The position numbers were made by a program, and so were the translations under genes. This document shows, piece by piece, positions 39,788 to 50,143 of a DNA stretch of 64,000 nucleotides (position 1 is the first letter of the stretch; each line of letters opens with the position of its first letter). Source of the DNA: an uncultured Acidobacteriota bacterium. GTDB taxonomy: Bacteria > Acidobacteriota > Thermoanaerobaculia > UBA5066 > DATFVB01. The notes beneath the pieces are model-generated. The model did not search any database and had not been told where the DNA came from. It saw only the letters and a program-made list of their open reading frames with translations. The stretch lies in assembly GCA_963813155.1 (NCBI GenBank), contig CAWEYG010000003.1:960001-1024000 (forward strand), given 5' to 3'.

Positions 39788-40531
39788 TCACTGACCCAGC
39801 GGCAGCCGGTCGCCGAGCATCGCCGGAAGGCCCGCTTTCAGGATCTTCTCGCGCGCCCGGCCGACGTCATACGAGACGCGGTCGAAAAACACGACTCGTT
39901 CCTTCGAGTCGAAGATCGCGTACGCCGCGTTCGGGTTGCGGTCCCGCGGCTGGCCGATCGAACCGGGGTTGATCAGGTATCTCTTGCGCGGGTCGAGAAC
40001 GACCTTGCTGCGGTCGCCCCGAACGACCTCCACCCGGATCGCGCTGCGTTCGAGCGTGAAGATGGAAGGAATGTGGCTGTGCCCGAAGAAACAGACCTTC
40101 CAGGGGCCCTGCTGGAAATTCATGTAGGCGTCGATGTCCGAAAAAATATAGGCGTCTTCGTCGAGGGGCGAACCGTGGCACACCGCGAAGTCGCCGTCCA
40201 CGATCGCCGGCCCCATCGGAAGCGCTTCGATGTACTTCCAATTCGCGGGCGTGAGCCGGCTTCCCGTCCAGCGCGCCGCCTCGAGAGCCACCGAGTTGAA
40301 GAGATCTCCCGTTTCGGTCCCCACGACGACCTTGTCGTGGTTGCCCCGAATCATGATCTTCTCCCGCTTGATCTTCCGGATGCGCTCGATGATCTGGTTC
40401 GGGTTCGCGCCGTAGCCCACGAAGTCTCCGAGCACGACGACTTTGTCGAACTTCTTCCGGCGAACGCGCGCGATCACCGCGGCCAGGGCCTCGTCGTTGC
40501 TGTGAATGTCCGACAGGATCAAATAACGCAA
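39788..40531 (-). CDS. Metallophosphoesterase
   Basis: SDIHSN, LGDFVGYG, GNHD, GHSH and NPGSIGQPRD. Confidence 0.92.
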   Translation of the reverse strand: MRYLILSDIHSNDEALAAVIARVRRKKFDKVVVLGDFVGYGANPNQIIERIRKIKREKIMIRGNHDKVVVGTETGDLFNSVALEAARWTGSRLTPANWKYIEALPMGPAIVDGDFAVCHGSPLDEDAYIFSDIDAYMNFQQGPWKVCFFGHSHIPSIFTLERSAIRVEVVRGDRSKVVLDPRKRYLINPGSIGQPRDRNPNAAYAIFDSKERVVFFDRVSYDVGRAREKILKAGLPAMLGDRLPLGQ

Positions 40532-41667
40532 GTCCGCTCTTCCATTTTCTCGAGAAGCAGTTCCGCCGCGGCCTCGGGCGATTCGCCACCCGTCAACGAA
40601 ACCGCGAGAGCGGCTATTCTATAGAAAGGCAGGCGCTCGTCCAAAAGCCGCCGGGCCTGCGCGACGTCGGCGAACAGCGGCCGGTCCGGCCTGGCGCCCG
40701 CGCGGCCGGCGAGCACCTCGAACGGCGCGTCGAGAAAAACCGAGAGCCCCGACCTTTGAATGAGCTTTCGGTTGCCTTCGGCGGCGAAAGTTCCGCCGCC
40801 GGTCGCAAAAACGCCTTCCGGAATGTCGGCCGAGCCCTCTACGAATGCCCGTTCGCGCCGCCGAAACTCCGGCTCCCCCTCCGACTCGAAGATCGCGCGA
40901 ACCGTCTTTCCCGAAGTCGACTCGATCTCGGCGTCGAGATCGAAGAACGGGAGCGCGAGGCGACGCGCCAGGATCCGGCCGATCGTCGTCTTCCCGCTCC
41001 CCATGAACCCGACGAGCCAGATCTTCCTCGGAAGGAAGCGCCGGCGCGCGGCGTCGACGGCCGTCCGCGCCCGCTCCCGCGCGTCGGGGCCGTTCAGCGC
41101 CGAGATCATCGCGGCGGAATCTGCGCCCGCCGCCCACACCGCGTCCAGGTCGTCTGGCGAGATTCCGCCGATCGCGACGAGCGGCTTCGCCCGGGCGGGG
41201 CTCGAGGCCGCGGCCGCAAGCTGCTCCAGGCCGAGCGCGGAGCGGCCGGGCTTCGTCGCGCTCTCGAACACGGGACCGAACGCGACGTAATCGGCGTCCG
41301 GGCATCCGAACGCGCGAACCGCGTCCTCGACGGTATGGGTAGAGACTCCGACGGCCGGTTCGGGTCCGAGGACCCGCCGCGCGAGCGGCGGGGACAGGTC
41401 GTCTTCCCCGAGGTGCACTCCGCAGCCGGCGATCCGGGCGATGTCGGCGCGGTCGTTCACGAGCAGCAGCGCCCCCCGGGAAGTGGCGAATTCCTGCGCC
41501 CGTTGAACGGACTCCAGCAGGTCCGAATCGGAAAGGTTCTTTTCGCGGATCTGAACGGCCCGAATCCCCTCTTCGAAAAAGATCCGCGCGACGTCTTCCG
41601 CGCGGTCGAGGCCGCAGCGGCGCCGGTCCGTGATCGCGTAGAGGGGAGGGAGCCCGCGGACGCTCAA
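40519..41667 (-). CDS. Fused thiamine-phosphate synthase (ThiE) - shikimate kinase (AroK)
   Basis: ThiE motifs [27 protein letters not shown] and AIGGI, then in frame AroK motifs [29 protein letters not shown] and RPLF. Confidence 0.85.
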   Translation of the reverse strand: MSVRGLPPLYAITDRRRCGLDRAEDVARIFFEEGIRAVQIREKNLSDSDLLESVQRAQEFATSRGALLLVNDRADIARIAGCGVHLGEDDLSPPLARRVLGPEPAVGVSTHTVEDAVRAFGCPDADYVAFGPVFESATKPGRSALGLEQLAAAASSPARAKPLVAIGGISPDDLDAVWAAGADSAAMISALNGPDARERARTAVDAARRRFLPRKIWLVGFMGSGKTTIGRILARRLALPFFDLDAEIESTSGKTVRAIFESEGEPEFRRRERAFVEGSADIPEGVFATGGGTFAAEGNRKLIQRSGLSVFLDAPFEVLAGRAGARPDRPLFADVAQARRLLDERLPFYRIAALAVSLTGGESPEAAAELLLEKMEERTCVI

Positions 41668-43010
41668 TTCCCGACGGAAGTGAATCGTTCCATGAAGCGC
41701 GTCGTGAGGCGCCCTTCCTGGAAATCCTTCTCTTCCAGGATCCGCCGGTGCATCGGAATCGTGGTCTTGACCCCCTCGATCACGAAGAAGTCGAGCGCCC
41801 GGCGGCCCCGCGAGATCGCTTCCGCGCGGTCCTTCCCGCGAACGATCAGCTTCGCGATCAGGGAATCGTAATAGGGCGGGATCACGTAACCCTGGTAGGC
41901 CGCGGTGTCCACCCGCACGCCCGTGCCGCCGGGAGGATGGAACACCGTGATCCGGCCGGGAGAAGGTGTGAATTTCTCCGGATCCTCCGCGTTGATCCGG
42001 AATTCGATCGCGTGGCCGCGCGCCTTGATCTCCTTGTCTCCGAATGACAGGGCGTTCCCCGCCGCGACCGAGATCTGCTCCTTCACGAGATCGAGGCCCG
42101 TGACTTCTTCCGTGACGGGGTGCTCCACCTGAATCCTCGTGTTCATCTCCATGAAGTAGAACTTGCCGTCCGAGTCGAGCAGGAATTCCACCGTTCCGGC
42201 CCCGAGGTACGCGACGGCCTTGCCCGCCTGGATCGCCGCGGCCCCCATCCGCGCCCGGAGCTCGGGGTCGACGGCCGTCGAAGGCGACTCCTCGATCAAT
42301 TTCTGGTGCCGCCGCTGGATCGAGCACTCGCGTTCGCCGAGATGAACGACCTTGCCGAACCGGTCGCCGAAGATCTGAAACTCCACGTGCCTCGGCGCGA
42401 CGAGATACTTCTCCAGGTAGATCTCGGAGTTGCCGAACGCCTTGTCCGCCTCTCCGCGCGCGATCTCGTAGTACTGGGCCAGATCCCTCTCGTTGGCGGC
42501 GACCCGCATGCCGCGCCCCCCGCCGCCGGCCGAAGCCTTCAGGATGACGGGATAACCGACTTTTCGCGCGAGCTCGACGGCCTCGTCCAGCGTGTCGAGC
42601 GCGCCGACGGACCCGGGAAGCGTCGGGACTCCCGCCTTCGCCATCGTCGTTCGGGCGAGCGCCTTGTCTCCCATCGTGCGGATCGCCTCCGGCGAGGGGC
42701 CGATGAACGCGATCCGGCAGTCCGCGAGGATTTCGGCGAACCGCGAGTTTTCCGACAGGAAACCGTAGCCGGGATGGATCGCATCCGCCTCCGTGATCTC
42801 GGCGGCCGAGATGATCGAAGCGACGTTCAGGTACGAGGCCGACGGGGGATGCGGCCCGATGCAAACGTCCTCGTCGGCATAGCGGACGTGCAGCGCGTCC
42901 CGATCCGCCTCGCTGTAGACGGCGACCGTGCGAATTCCGAGCTCACGGCAGGCGGAGATGACCCGAAGGGCGATCTCCCCCCGGTTCGCGACGAGGATCT
43001 TCTTAAACAT
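41664..43010 (-). CDS. accC: Acetyl-CoA carboxylase biotin carboxylase
   Basis: [21 protein letters not shown] and [10 protein letters not shown]. Confidence 0.97.
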   Translation of the reverse strand: MFKKILVANRGEIALRVISACRELGIRTVAVYSEADRDALHVRYADEDVCIGPHPPSASYLNVASIISAAEITEADAIHPGYGFLSENSRFAEILADCRIAFIGPSPEAIRTMGDKALARTTMAKAGVPTLPGSVGALDTLDEAVELARKVGYPVILKASAGGGGRGMRVAANERDLAQYYEIARGEADKAFGNSEIYLEKYLVAPRHVEFQIFGDRFGKVVHLGERECSIQRRHQKLIEESPSTAVDPELRARMGAAAIQAGKAVAYLGAGTVEFLLDSDGKFYFMEMNTRIQVEHPVTEEVTGLDLVKEQISVAAGNALSFGDKEIKARGHAIEFRINAEDPEKFTPSPGRITVFHPPGGTGVRVDTAAYQGYVIPPYYDSLIAKLIVRGKDRAEAISRGRRALDFFVIEGVKTTIPMHRRILEEKDFQEGRLTTRFMERFTSVGN

Positions 43011-43024
43011 TGCCGCGCGGCGCG

Positions 43025-43209
43025 CTCACGCCCGTGAGCGCAGAGCGCGCAATCCCCGCGGCAGCGGGGATCTCCCGCCGAGCGATTCCCGCTTTCGCGG
43101 GAATGACGGCCGCCGATCGCCTCACGCCCGTGAGCGCAGAGCGCGCAATCCCCGCGAAGCGGGGATCTTCCACCGAGCGATTCCCGCTTTCGCGGGAATG
43201 ACGGCCGCC
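43025..43209. repeat. Two tandem ~90-bp composite palindromic (BIME-like) units
   Basis: Copies at 43025..43114 and 43121..43209, each with three hairpins including ATTCCC-GCTTTCGC-GGGAAT. Confidence 0.9.
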
Positions 43210-43216
43210 ACGTCTT

Positions 43217-43716
<500 letters not shown>

Positions 43717-43717
<1 letters not shown>

Positions 43718-44091
43718 CAGATCAGTTCTTTCTCCAACAGCGCCGCCGCCCGCCGGGCTTCGAACCGGGCCCGTCCGAAGTTCCCCTCGCGCGACAGCAG
43801 GACGAGCAAATAATACTCGGAAGTCACGGCCTCCAGGATCAGAATCGAGCTGCCGCTTTCGATCGTGAACTGCTGGATGATGCCCGAGTCGACCCCGGAC
43901 TCCGACGTCATGAGGTGCTTCAGGATTCCCGTGAGCTCCGCGGCGATCGGTTCCAGTTGAGGGTCCTGGCCGGCGAGGGCGGCGGATCCCACCGATTCGA
44001 GCGTGATCCCGTCCCGGCCCATCAGGGAGAGGCCGCGGACGCCCTCGACTCTCGCCGCGACGCCTTCGAGCGCTGCGCGAAAGACCGCCAT
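43717..44091 (-). CDS. Roadblock/LC7-domain protein (MglB/MglC-like)
   Basis: LMGRDGITLE..YYLLVLL..GNFGRARFE. Confidence 0.85.
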
Positions 44092-44107
44092 CAGGTCCGA
44101 GCCGCCG

Positions 44108-45086
44108 TCATGCCCGGCCCGCGCTCGCCCGGCTCTGGATACCCGCGAGCCAGCTCTCGAGCCGGGCGGCTTTTTTCCGGCCGGGCTTCCGAAGGACCTT
44201 CAGGCGCCTCGTGACGCTTTCGTCCATCGGGTTCGCGACGGCGAGCTTCTCGTAGATCTTTCGCGCGTCATCGACGAATCCCTGCTTGAAATAGAGGTCG
44301 GCGAGGGTCCGCGAAGCGGGAAGCTCGCCGGCTGCGTCGGGCGCGGGCGGGCGGGATGACATCGTGCGTTTCCGCTGACAGCACGCTTGCCCCCTCACCC
44401 GGTCCTCCTCGCGGGCTCAGGGGTCTCTGCCCTCTCCCTCGAGGGAGAGGGCAAGGGACTCCCGAGCCGCGACGAGGGTAGCTCGACCGCCGGACGAGCA
44501 CCGGCGGCACCGGCGCCGGGTACTCCGGCACGGCGGCGCCGAGAACGTTGATGGTCTCGTTCGGATCGAACGCCGGCTCCGGAGCCGAAGCGGCGGCCAG
44601 GCTCAGATCGTCGATCCGGAGGGCCATCGTCGCTGCGGGCTCCTCCATCGTGGCGGCGGGCTCCTCGGGCGGATGGATGAGCGCCTCCATCTTTCCAATC
44701 CTGTCGTCGATCGACTTGTCCCCCGAGATCGCGCGGTACAGCTTCAGCTTCTTGATCGCCTCGATGGGGTTCTTGGCGTTCTCGTAGAGGTCGGAGAGGG
44801 CTTTCGCGGCCACGAGGTTTTCCCTGTCCATGGAGAGGACTCGCGAAAAGGCTTCGATCGCCTCGTCCGTGCGCCAGGTCTCCTGGTACAGCCTCGCGAG
44901 CGCGATCTGGGCCGAAAGGTACGTGGGATGGCCTTCCAGCCCCTTGCGAAGGGTATTCAGGGCGTCCTCGTAGCGCCCGGCGCGCCGGTATTCCTCGGCC
45001 AGGCCGACGAAGATCCGCGAACCGGGCATCGCGGCCATCCGCTGCTCGAGGTCCCGTATCCTGTCGTCCGATTCGGGGTCCGCCAT
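44108..45086 (-). CDS. TPR protein (frameshift and palindromic insert near 44390-44470)
   Basis: FVGLAEEYRRAG TPRs; C-terminal SRTLADLYFKQG..LESWLAGI lies in another frame. Confidence 0.78.
44391..44451. repeat. REP-like palindrome inside the TPR gene linker
   Basis: CCCCTCACCC...CCCTCTCCCTCGAGGGAGAGGG. Confidence 0.7.
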
Positions 45087-45102
45087 GGGTGTCATTCTCT
45101 CA

Positions 45103-45167
45103 CCAAAAGAGCGCCGCCCCCAAAAGGGGGCGGCGCGAGAAAAACCGGGAGAAACCGAAGGTTACGG
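45103..45167 (-). terminator. Terminator-like hairpin; copy 1 of a ~65-bp direct repeat
   Basis: GCGCCGCCCCC-TTTT-GGGGGCGGCGC followed by TCTTTT on the minus strand. Confidence 0.75.
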
Positions 45168-45374
45168 GGCCCGGAAACCGGCGTTCGAGTTGGATTTCCA
45201 TCCGGTCTCGCACCTGGAGGCGCCCCGGGCGTGAGCAAGAGCGATCACCTCCTCCAGCCAGGCGAGTCTCTGCGCCGGCGACGCTTGTAACCCGATTGTC
45301 CCTTGCCAGCGCCGTGCGTTCTCCCAGGTCCATTCCGCTTCCTCGAAAACGGGGCTCACGTCCTTTCGGTTCAT
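45162..45374 (-). CDS. Small hypothetical partner of the nucleotidyltransferase
   Basis: 70 aa, SPAQRLAWLEE motif; start overlaps the upstream stop. Confidence 0.6.
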   Translation of the reverse strand: MNRKDVSPVFEEAEWTWENARRWQGTIGLQASPAQRLAWLEEVIALAHARGASRCETGWKSNSNAGFRAP

Positions 45375-45868
45375 TTCTTCCTCTGTCGAGCAATCTCTTC
45401 CAGGGCTTCGATGTCCTCAAGGTCAACCGGCCTGCCTGCAATCCTCTTCATCGCGATCAGGTCACGAAGAGAGGCAAGACGGATGCCTTCTCCGCCGACT
45501 TCAACGGATTCCGACCGTGACCAGAGCTCTTCGAATGGAATCGGGCTCTCCGCGAACACGTCAACGATCCGCATCGGATTGGACGGATCCCAGAACGAAA
45601 ACACCTGCATGTTCTTCTCTGTGATCCAGGAATGGCGCACGGTGGGATCTGCAAAATCGAGCGCCGCCACCGGCAGTCGCGGCACCAGACCCAGGTCCGT
45701 GAGCGCTTCGACGGCTTTCCGGGCCTCCGCCGGATTGAGATCGATGACGAGATCCACGTCGAGGGTCAATCGTGCGTGGCCGTGAAGGACGATCGCGAGC
45801 CCTCCCACAACGACATATCTCACGCCGTTCGCGTTGAGGGCGTGGAACAGGGGCTGAAACAGAGACAT
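45371..45868 (-). CDS. Minimal nucleotidyltransferase (DUF6036/AbiEii-like)
   Basis: YVVVGGLAIVLHGHARLTLDVD and LIAMKRIAGRPVDLEDI. Confidence 0.85.
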   Translation of the reverse strand: MSLFQPLFHALNANGVRYVVVGGLAIVLHGHARLTLDVDLVIDLNPAEARKAVEALTDLGLVPRLPVAALDFADPTVRHSWITEKNMQVFSFWDPSNPMRIVDVFAESPIPFEELWSRSESVEVGGEGIRLASLRDLIAMKRIAGRPVDLEDIEALEEIARQRKK

Positions 45869-45896
45869 TTCTCAAGTATAGCGGCTGAACTCGCCC

Positions 45897-45961
45897 CCAA
45901 AAGAGCGCCGCCCCCAAAAGGGGGCGGGGCGAGACAAGCGGAGAAGAATCGGGGGTTACGG
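45897..45961 (-). terminator. Terminator-like hairpin; copy 2 of the ~65-bp direct repeat
   Basis: Near-identical to 45103..45167; follows the IPT/TIG gene stop. Confidence 0.75.
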
Positions 45962-48900
45962 AGGCGAGACGATCACCGCCCCGGTATCCGACACGGTCCC
46001 GCAGGAGTCCGTGACCTTCAGGTCGATAGTCGGATCGTTCGTGCAAGGGGTGCCGCTGGCTCCGCAATCCCAGGTCACCGCGACGTCGGGCCGCAGCTGT
46101 TCGCACCGGGGTTGAGCGGCGAACCCGAGTTGTTTCCGGTCGCCGTCCAGAGACAGGTCAGGGGAGATACTCCTCCCGTCGAGGTGTTCGTAAACGTGAT
46201 CTCGCGCCGAGGCACCGGCAGTCTGGGTGAAGGACGCCGCGAGCGCCACGAAGCTCGTGTTGTGGAACAGCAGTGTTGCTCGAGACGCATCCCGTGGACG
46301 AGTTCTTGATGCTGAACGTCACGGATGCCGAACATTTGTCGGGAATGATCGAGAGGCTCAGGTGCTCGGTAGCCGTCGCCGCGGGTCCTCGCTCGTGCCG
46401 ACAATCGCAGACAGTACCGCCGGTGACGGTGACGGGAGCCGGCCCCGCCATGCACGTGCCAGTGGTCGTTGACGTCGCAGACGATGGCATCGGCCACGGT
46501 CAGCGATCACGTTGACGATCAGGAAGAACGTCGCACGACCAGCCTTCGTGCTCGTCAAGGTCGACGATCGTAGACAGTGCATCCGCTCGGTGTAATCGCG
46601 GGTCACGTCTGGGTCGCGTCGCCGATTGAACCGCGGAACCGTCCGCCGCGGGCCGTCGCACCGGTGCGGCCGATCGCAAGCCGGCCGTGCCGGGTTGCCG
46701 TCCGGGAACATCCGGTCCCGGGACCGTGCACGATCGCGGGTACGCCGGAGTGCTGAGATCGTGGCAGCGCGAGGGCTGGCCGAGTCCGCGCGATGACACT
46801 GACGTCGGACACCGGATGCACGTGAGGCGTTCTCGAGTGAACGTCCGAGCTCCCGCGAGCTCGACGTGACGGATCGCGACGTCATCCGTCGCGGTGCCAT
46901 TCCACGTGCCGTGACGTCACGTTCCGCGACCTGGTCGACGTCGACACGGACGCCGGTGCCGGTCGTGAAGAACCCATCCCGCTGATCGTGACCGTCGGTC
47001 GTTCCGCCGGTCGGAATCGATCGACGGGGTTGGCCCGCTCGTGATCGTGGGCGCTCCCGTGCCGGTCGAGTTGAACGTCACCGTGTTCGACAGACAGCTC
47101 GCCGTGCTGGGCAGCGTGTTCTTGACGACGAACGAGACCGAGCCGTTCGTGCAGCTGGGCGCCGGCGTGATGTTCAGCGACAGCGTGTTGCCCGACAGTC
47201 CGGTGATCGAGACCGTTCCTCCCGCTCACGACAACGCCCGACGACCCGCAGACAGTCCCGGCCGGGTTGCAGACCGTGATTGTCGAAGGACTGCCCGTCA
47301 GGGTCACGGTGACCGCCGTCGCGCTGCCCGCCGTCCCGGAGGCCGGCGACGGGGCGGATGCGGAGATCGCGCAGGCGCCGCCCGAGCCGGTAGCCGTGAA
47401 GGTAATCGCCGACGAGGTCAAGCCGGTCACGGTGTTCTTGACCTGGAACGTAATCGCCCCGGCTACGGTCGAGCAGATATTGAGCGTGAGCGATTGCGGG
47501 TTGCCATCTGTCGTTCCCGTAATGCTCACCGTTGGTAATCCACTCCCTGTCACATTGACGATAGTTGCCGCTGCCGGGATTCCCCGTCGGGAAGAATCCC
47601 GTTCCCGTGAGGGTCGCCGTGTCGCAGACCCGACCGGTCCGGAAGTCGGATTGAGCGCGCCCGTGATCGGCGGCGCATTCGTCGACGGTGAACGTAACCG
47701 TGTCCGAGATGCAGCCCGTCGCGTCGATTCCGGATCGCGAACGTCACGGTGGACGCCGAGCCGTTCGGAGTGATGCTCACGTTGACGAATTGTCCGCCGT
47801 TCATCTCGCTCGTTCCCGTGATCGTCACCGTGCCGCCCGGTGGCGTCGAAGATCGAGACCTGCGGGTTGCTGCTCTCGAAGAGATGCGCGCCATTGACGA
47901 CGGCGTGCCGTCGACGAGTTTGCCGGGCCGGAATTCGGCACCAGGCCGTTTGTGGCGTCGATCGTCGGAACGTCTCCCGTGAACGAGGACGAGCTCGTCG
48001 CCGATTCTCCCGTCGCGATATTCGTGACCGTGATCGTGCCGCCCGCACCGCATCCCGGCGGCGGCTTCACGAGGATCTGCGTGCCGGTGACCGAGATGAC
48101 CGTCGCCTCGTGGCCTCCGAAAAGAACCTGTAGAGGCGCGACGAATCCCTGGCCGAGGATCGTGACGACCGTGCTCGCGTCTCCCTCGACCGGCGAGAAC
48201 GTCGTGATCGAAAGGGGCACGGTGTACGTGAACGTCGTTGCGCCGTTGCTCTGGCAGCTCGTTCCGGAACCGCAGTCGGCGTTCTTGACGATGACCGGTT
48301 CGGGAGCGCCTGTCGTTCCTGTCGAAGTCCCCAGCGGAAGCGGCGGCGTGATGACGATGATCTGGCTGAAAGTGACGGAGACGATTTCCGCCTGGACGCC
48401 TCCGAAGAAGACCTGGACCGGCGACGAGAAGCCGGAGCCGAGGATCGTCGCCCGCGTGCCGCCGAGCTTCGTGCCCGAGCTCGGAAGGATCGCGGAAACG
48501 ACCGGTTGCAGGTTGACCGCCGTGAACGTGAAGCAGCCGGCGGAAGTGATCGTCGTGGCCCCGCCGACCTTGACGATGACGTCGGCGACGTTGGGCTTCG
48601 TCGGATCCAGGCCGGTGAATGCGGGAGTCGTGACGTTGATCGTCGTGTCGGTCACGCTCGTGACGATGCCGGGCAGCGTCGTCGAGCCGATGCGGAAGAG
48701 GACCTGGACCGCGCCCGTTTCGGTGCCGAAGCCACCGCCCTGAATCGTGACCGAGGTCCCGCCGGTGACGGGACCGCTGCCGGGATTGGCGCAAATCGAA
48801 ATGAACGCGCCGTTGAACGTGAAGCAGTTCGGAGAAAGCAGGTCGATCCCGCCCGAGATGACGACTTCGACGTCGACGGAAGCCGAGCCGACGCCCGCAA

Positions 48901-49535
48901 GCTCCGGGAATGCCGGCGTGATCGGCCGTGATCTGGGTGTTCGTCACCGACGTGACGACCGCCTGGTGGACGATCGCGCCGGAACGGAAGAAGACGCGAA
49001 CGTTCGCCAGGTTGGACCCGAAGCCCTGGCCGGTGATCGTGACGGCCGTGCCTCCCGTGACCGGCCCGCTGTGCGGGTTGGAGCATACCGAGATGAACGG
49101 TCCATTCGGCAGACCGTTGGTCGTGAACTGGAGAATCAGCGACTTCTGCGCGTTCTTGTTCGCGAGGGTGACCGTGCCCTTGACGGTGACGACTCCCTCG
49201 ATGTCGGAGCACACGGTGGCCGCCACGGCGCCGCTCTGCGTCACGAGCGAGATCGACTGGAGCCCGTTCTGGGCGAAAACGCCGAAGCTCGTCGAGAGGA
49301 CGACGGAAGTGCCGTCGGGGACCGCCGAGCCGTTCAACGTCGCGAACGCCTGAACGATCGTGCACGTGCCCGCCTTCGGAGACGCGTTCGTCGTCGTGAT
49401 CTGGAGGGCGAGGCCGCCGTTTCCGCCTCCCCCGCCGCCCGAGGTCGGAGTCGGGCTATCCGCCGAGCAGCCGACCATCCACGCGGTCGCCGCGATCGTG
49501 GCGAGCGCAATCCACCGGTTCAGCGACAGGCGCAT
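45956..49535 (-). CDS. Large IPT/TIG-repeat surface lipoprotein (many frameshifts, about 1190 codons)
   Basis: Lipobox WMVGC; repeated SGPxxGGTxVTIxGxGF units with FTY/FTF ends; Thr/Gly/Ser-rich. Fragments lie in several frames down to VIVSPP* at 45956. Confidence 0.72.
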
Positions 49536-49558
49536 AGGGCCCTCCTTGGTTTTCTTCA

Positions 49559-50129
49559 TCATGGCTGGTAGACGAAAATCAGGGGCGCGGACGCGGGCTC
49601 GCTCGCCACGCGGGTGCCCGCCACCGTTTCGCCGTAGAAAACGAACGTGAAGCGCAGGTCGATCTCGCTTCGCCCCGTTTCGAGATCGATTCCGCCGTTG
49701 AACGGCAAGGAGCTGATCAAACGGCGACTGGGTCACCGCATAGGCGTACATTCCCGGAAAATTGCTGAGCGTCTGCGTTCCCCCGGAGGGAAGAAGGCCC
49801 TGCGCGCCGCCGAAGGTCTCCTTCGCCGGGACCTTCGTTCCGCCGTCGACCCGGGAGTAGGTCACGACGTACGACGTGATGTTCACGTCCTGAAAGTGCT
49901 GAGGGTCGGTCGCGGTCGGGCTTTTCAAGTGGCTCTGCAGCGTGATCGTCGGAAACTGGACCGGCGCCGGGGCCGCGATGTTGACGATCCCGGGATTGTC
50001 CGGGATCTGAACCGTGATGAACACGGGAGATTCGGTTTCCCCCTGCTTGTTCGTGCAGCCGGTCGCGAACGGAAGCAGCAACAGGCCGAAGATCAGCGCC
50101 GGGTTCAAGAATCGTTTCGTCGGTCCCAT
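49559..50129 (-). CDS. Hypothetical lipoprotein downstream of pilQ (frameshifts near 49710 and 49645)
   Basis: MGPTKRFLNPALIFGLLLLPFATGC lipobox; ends LIFVYQP* after frame correction. Confidence 0.72.
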
Positions 50130-50143
50130 CTCGTTGGCCTCCC

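Noticed and set aside
46000-47900. Diversity-generating retroelement or shufflon acting on the IPT/TIG gene
   Set aside because: No reverse transcriptase, recombinase, template-repeat pair or inversion sites were seen in the window.
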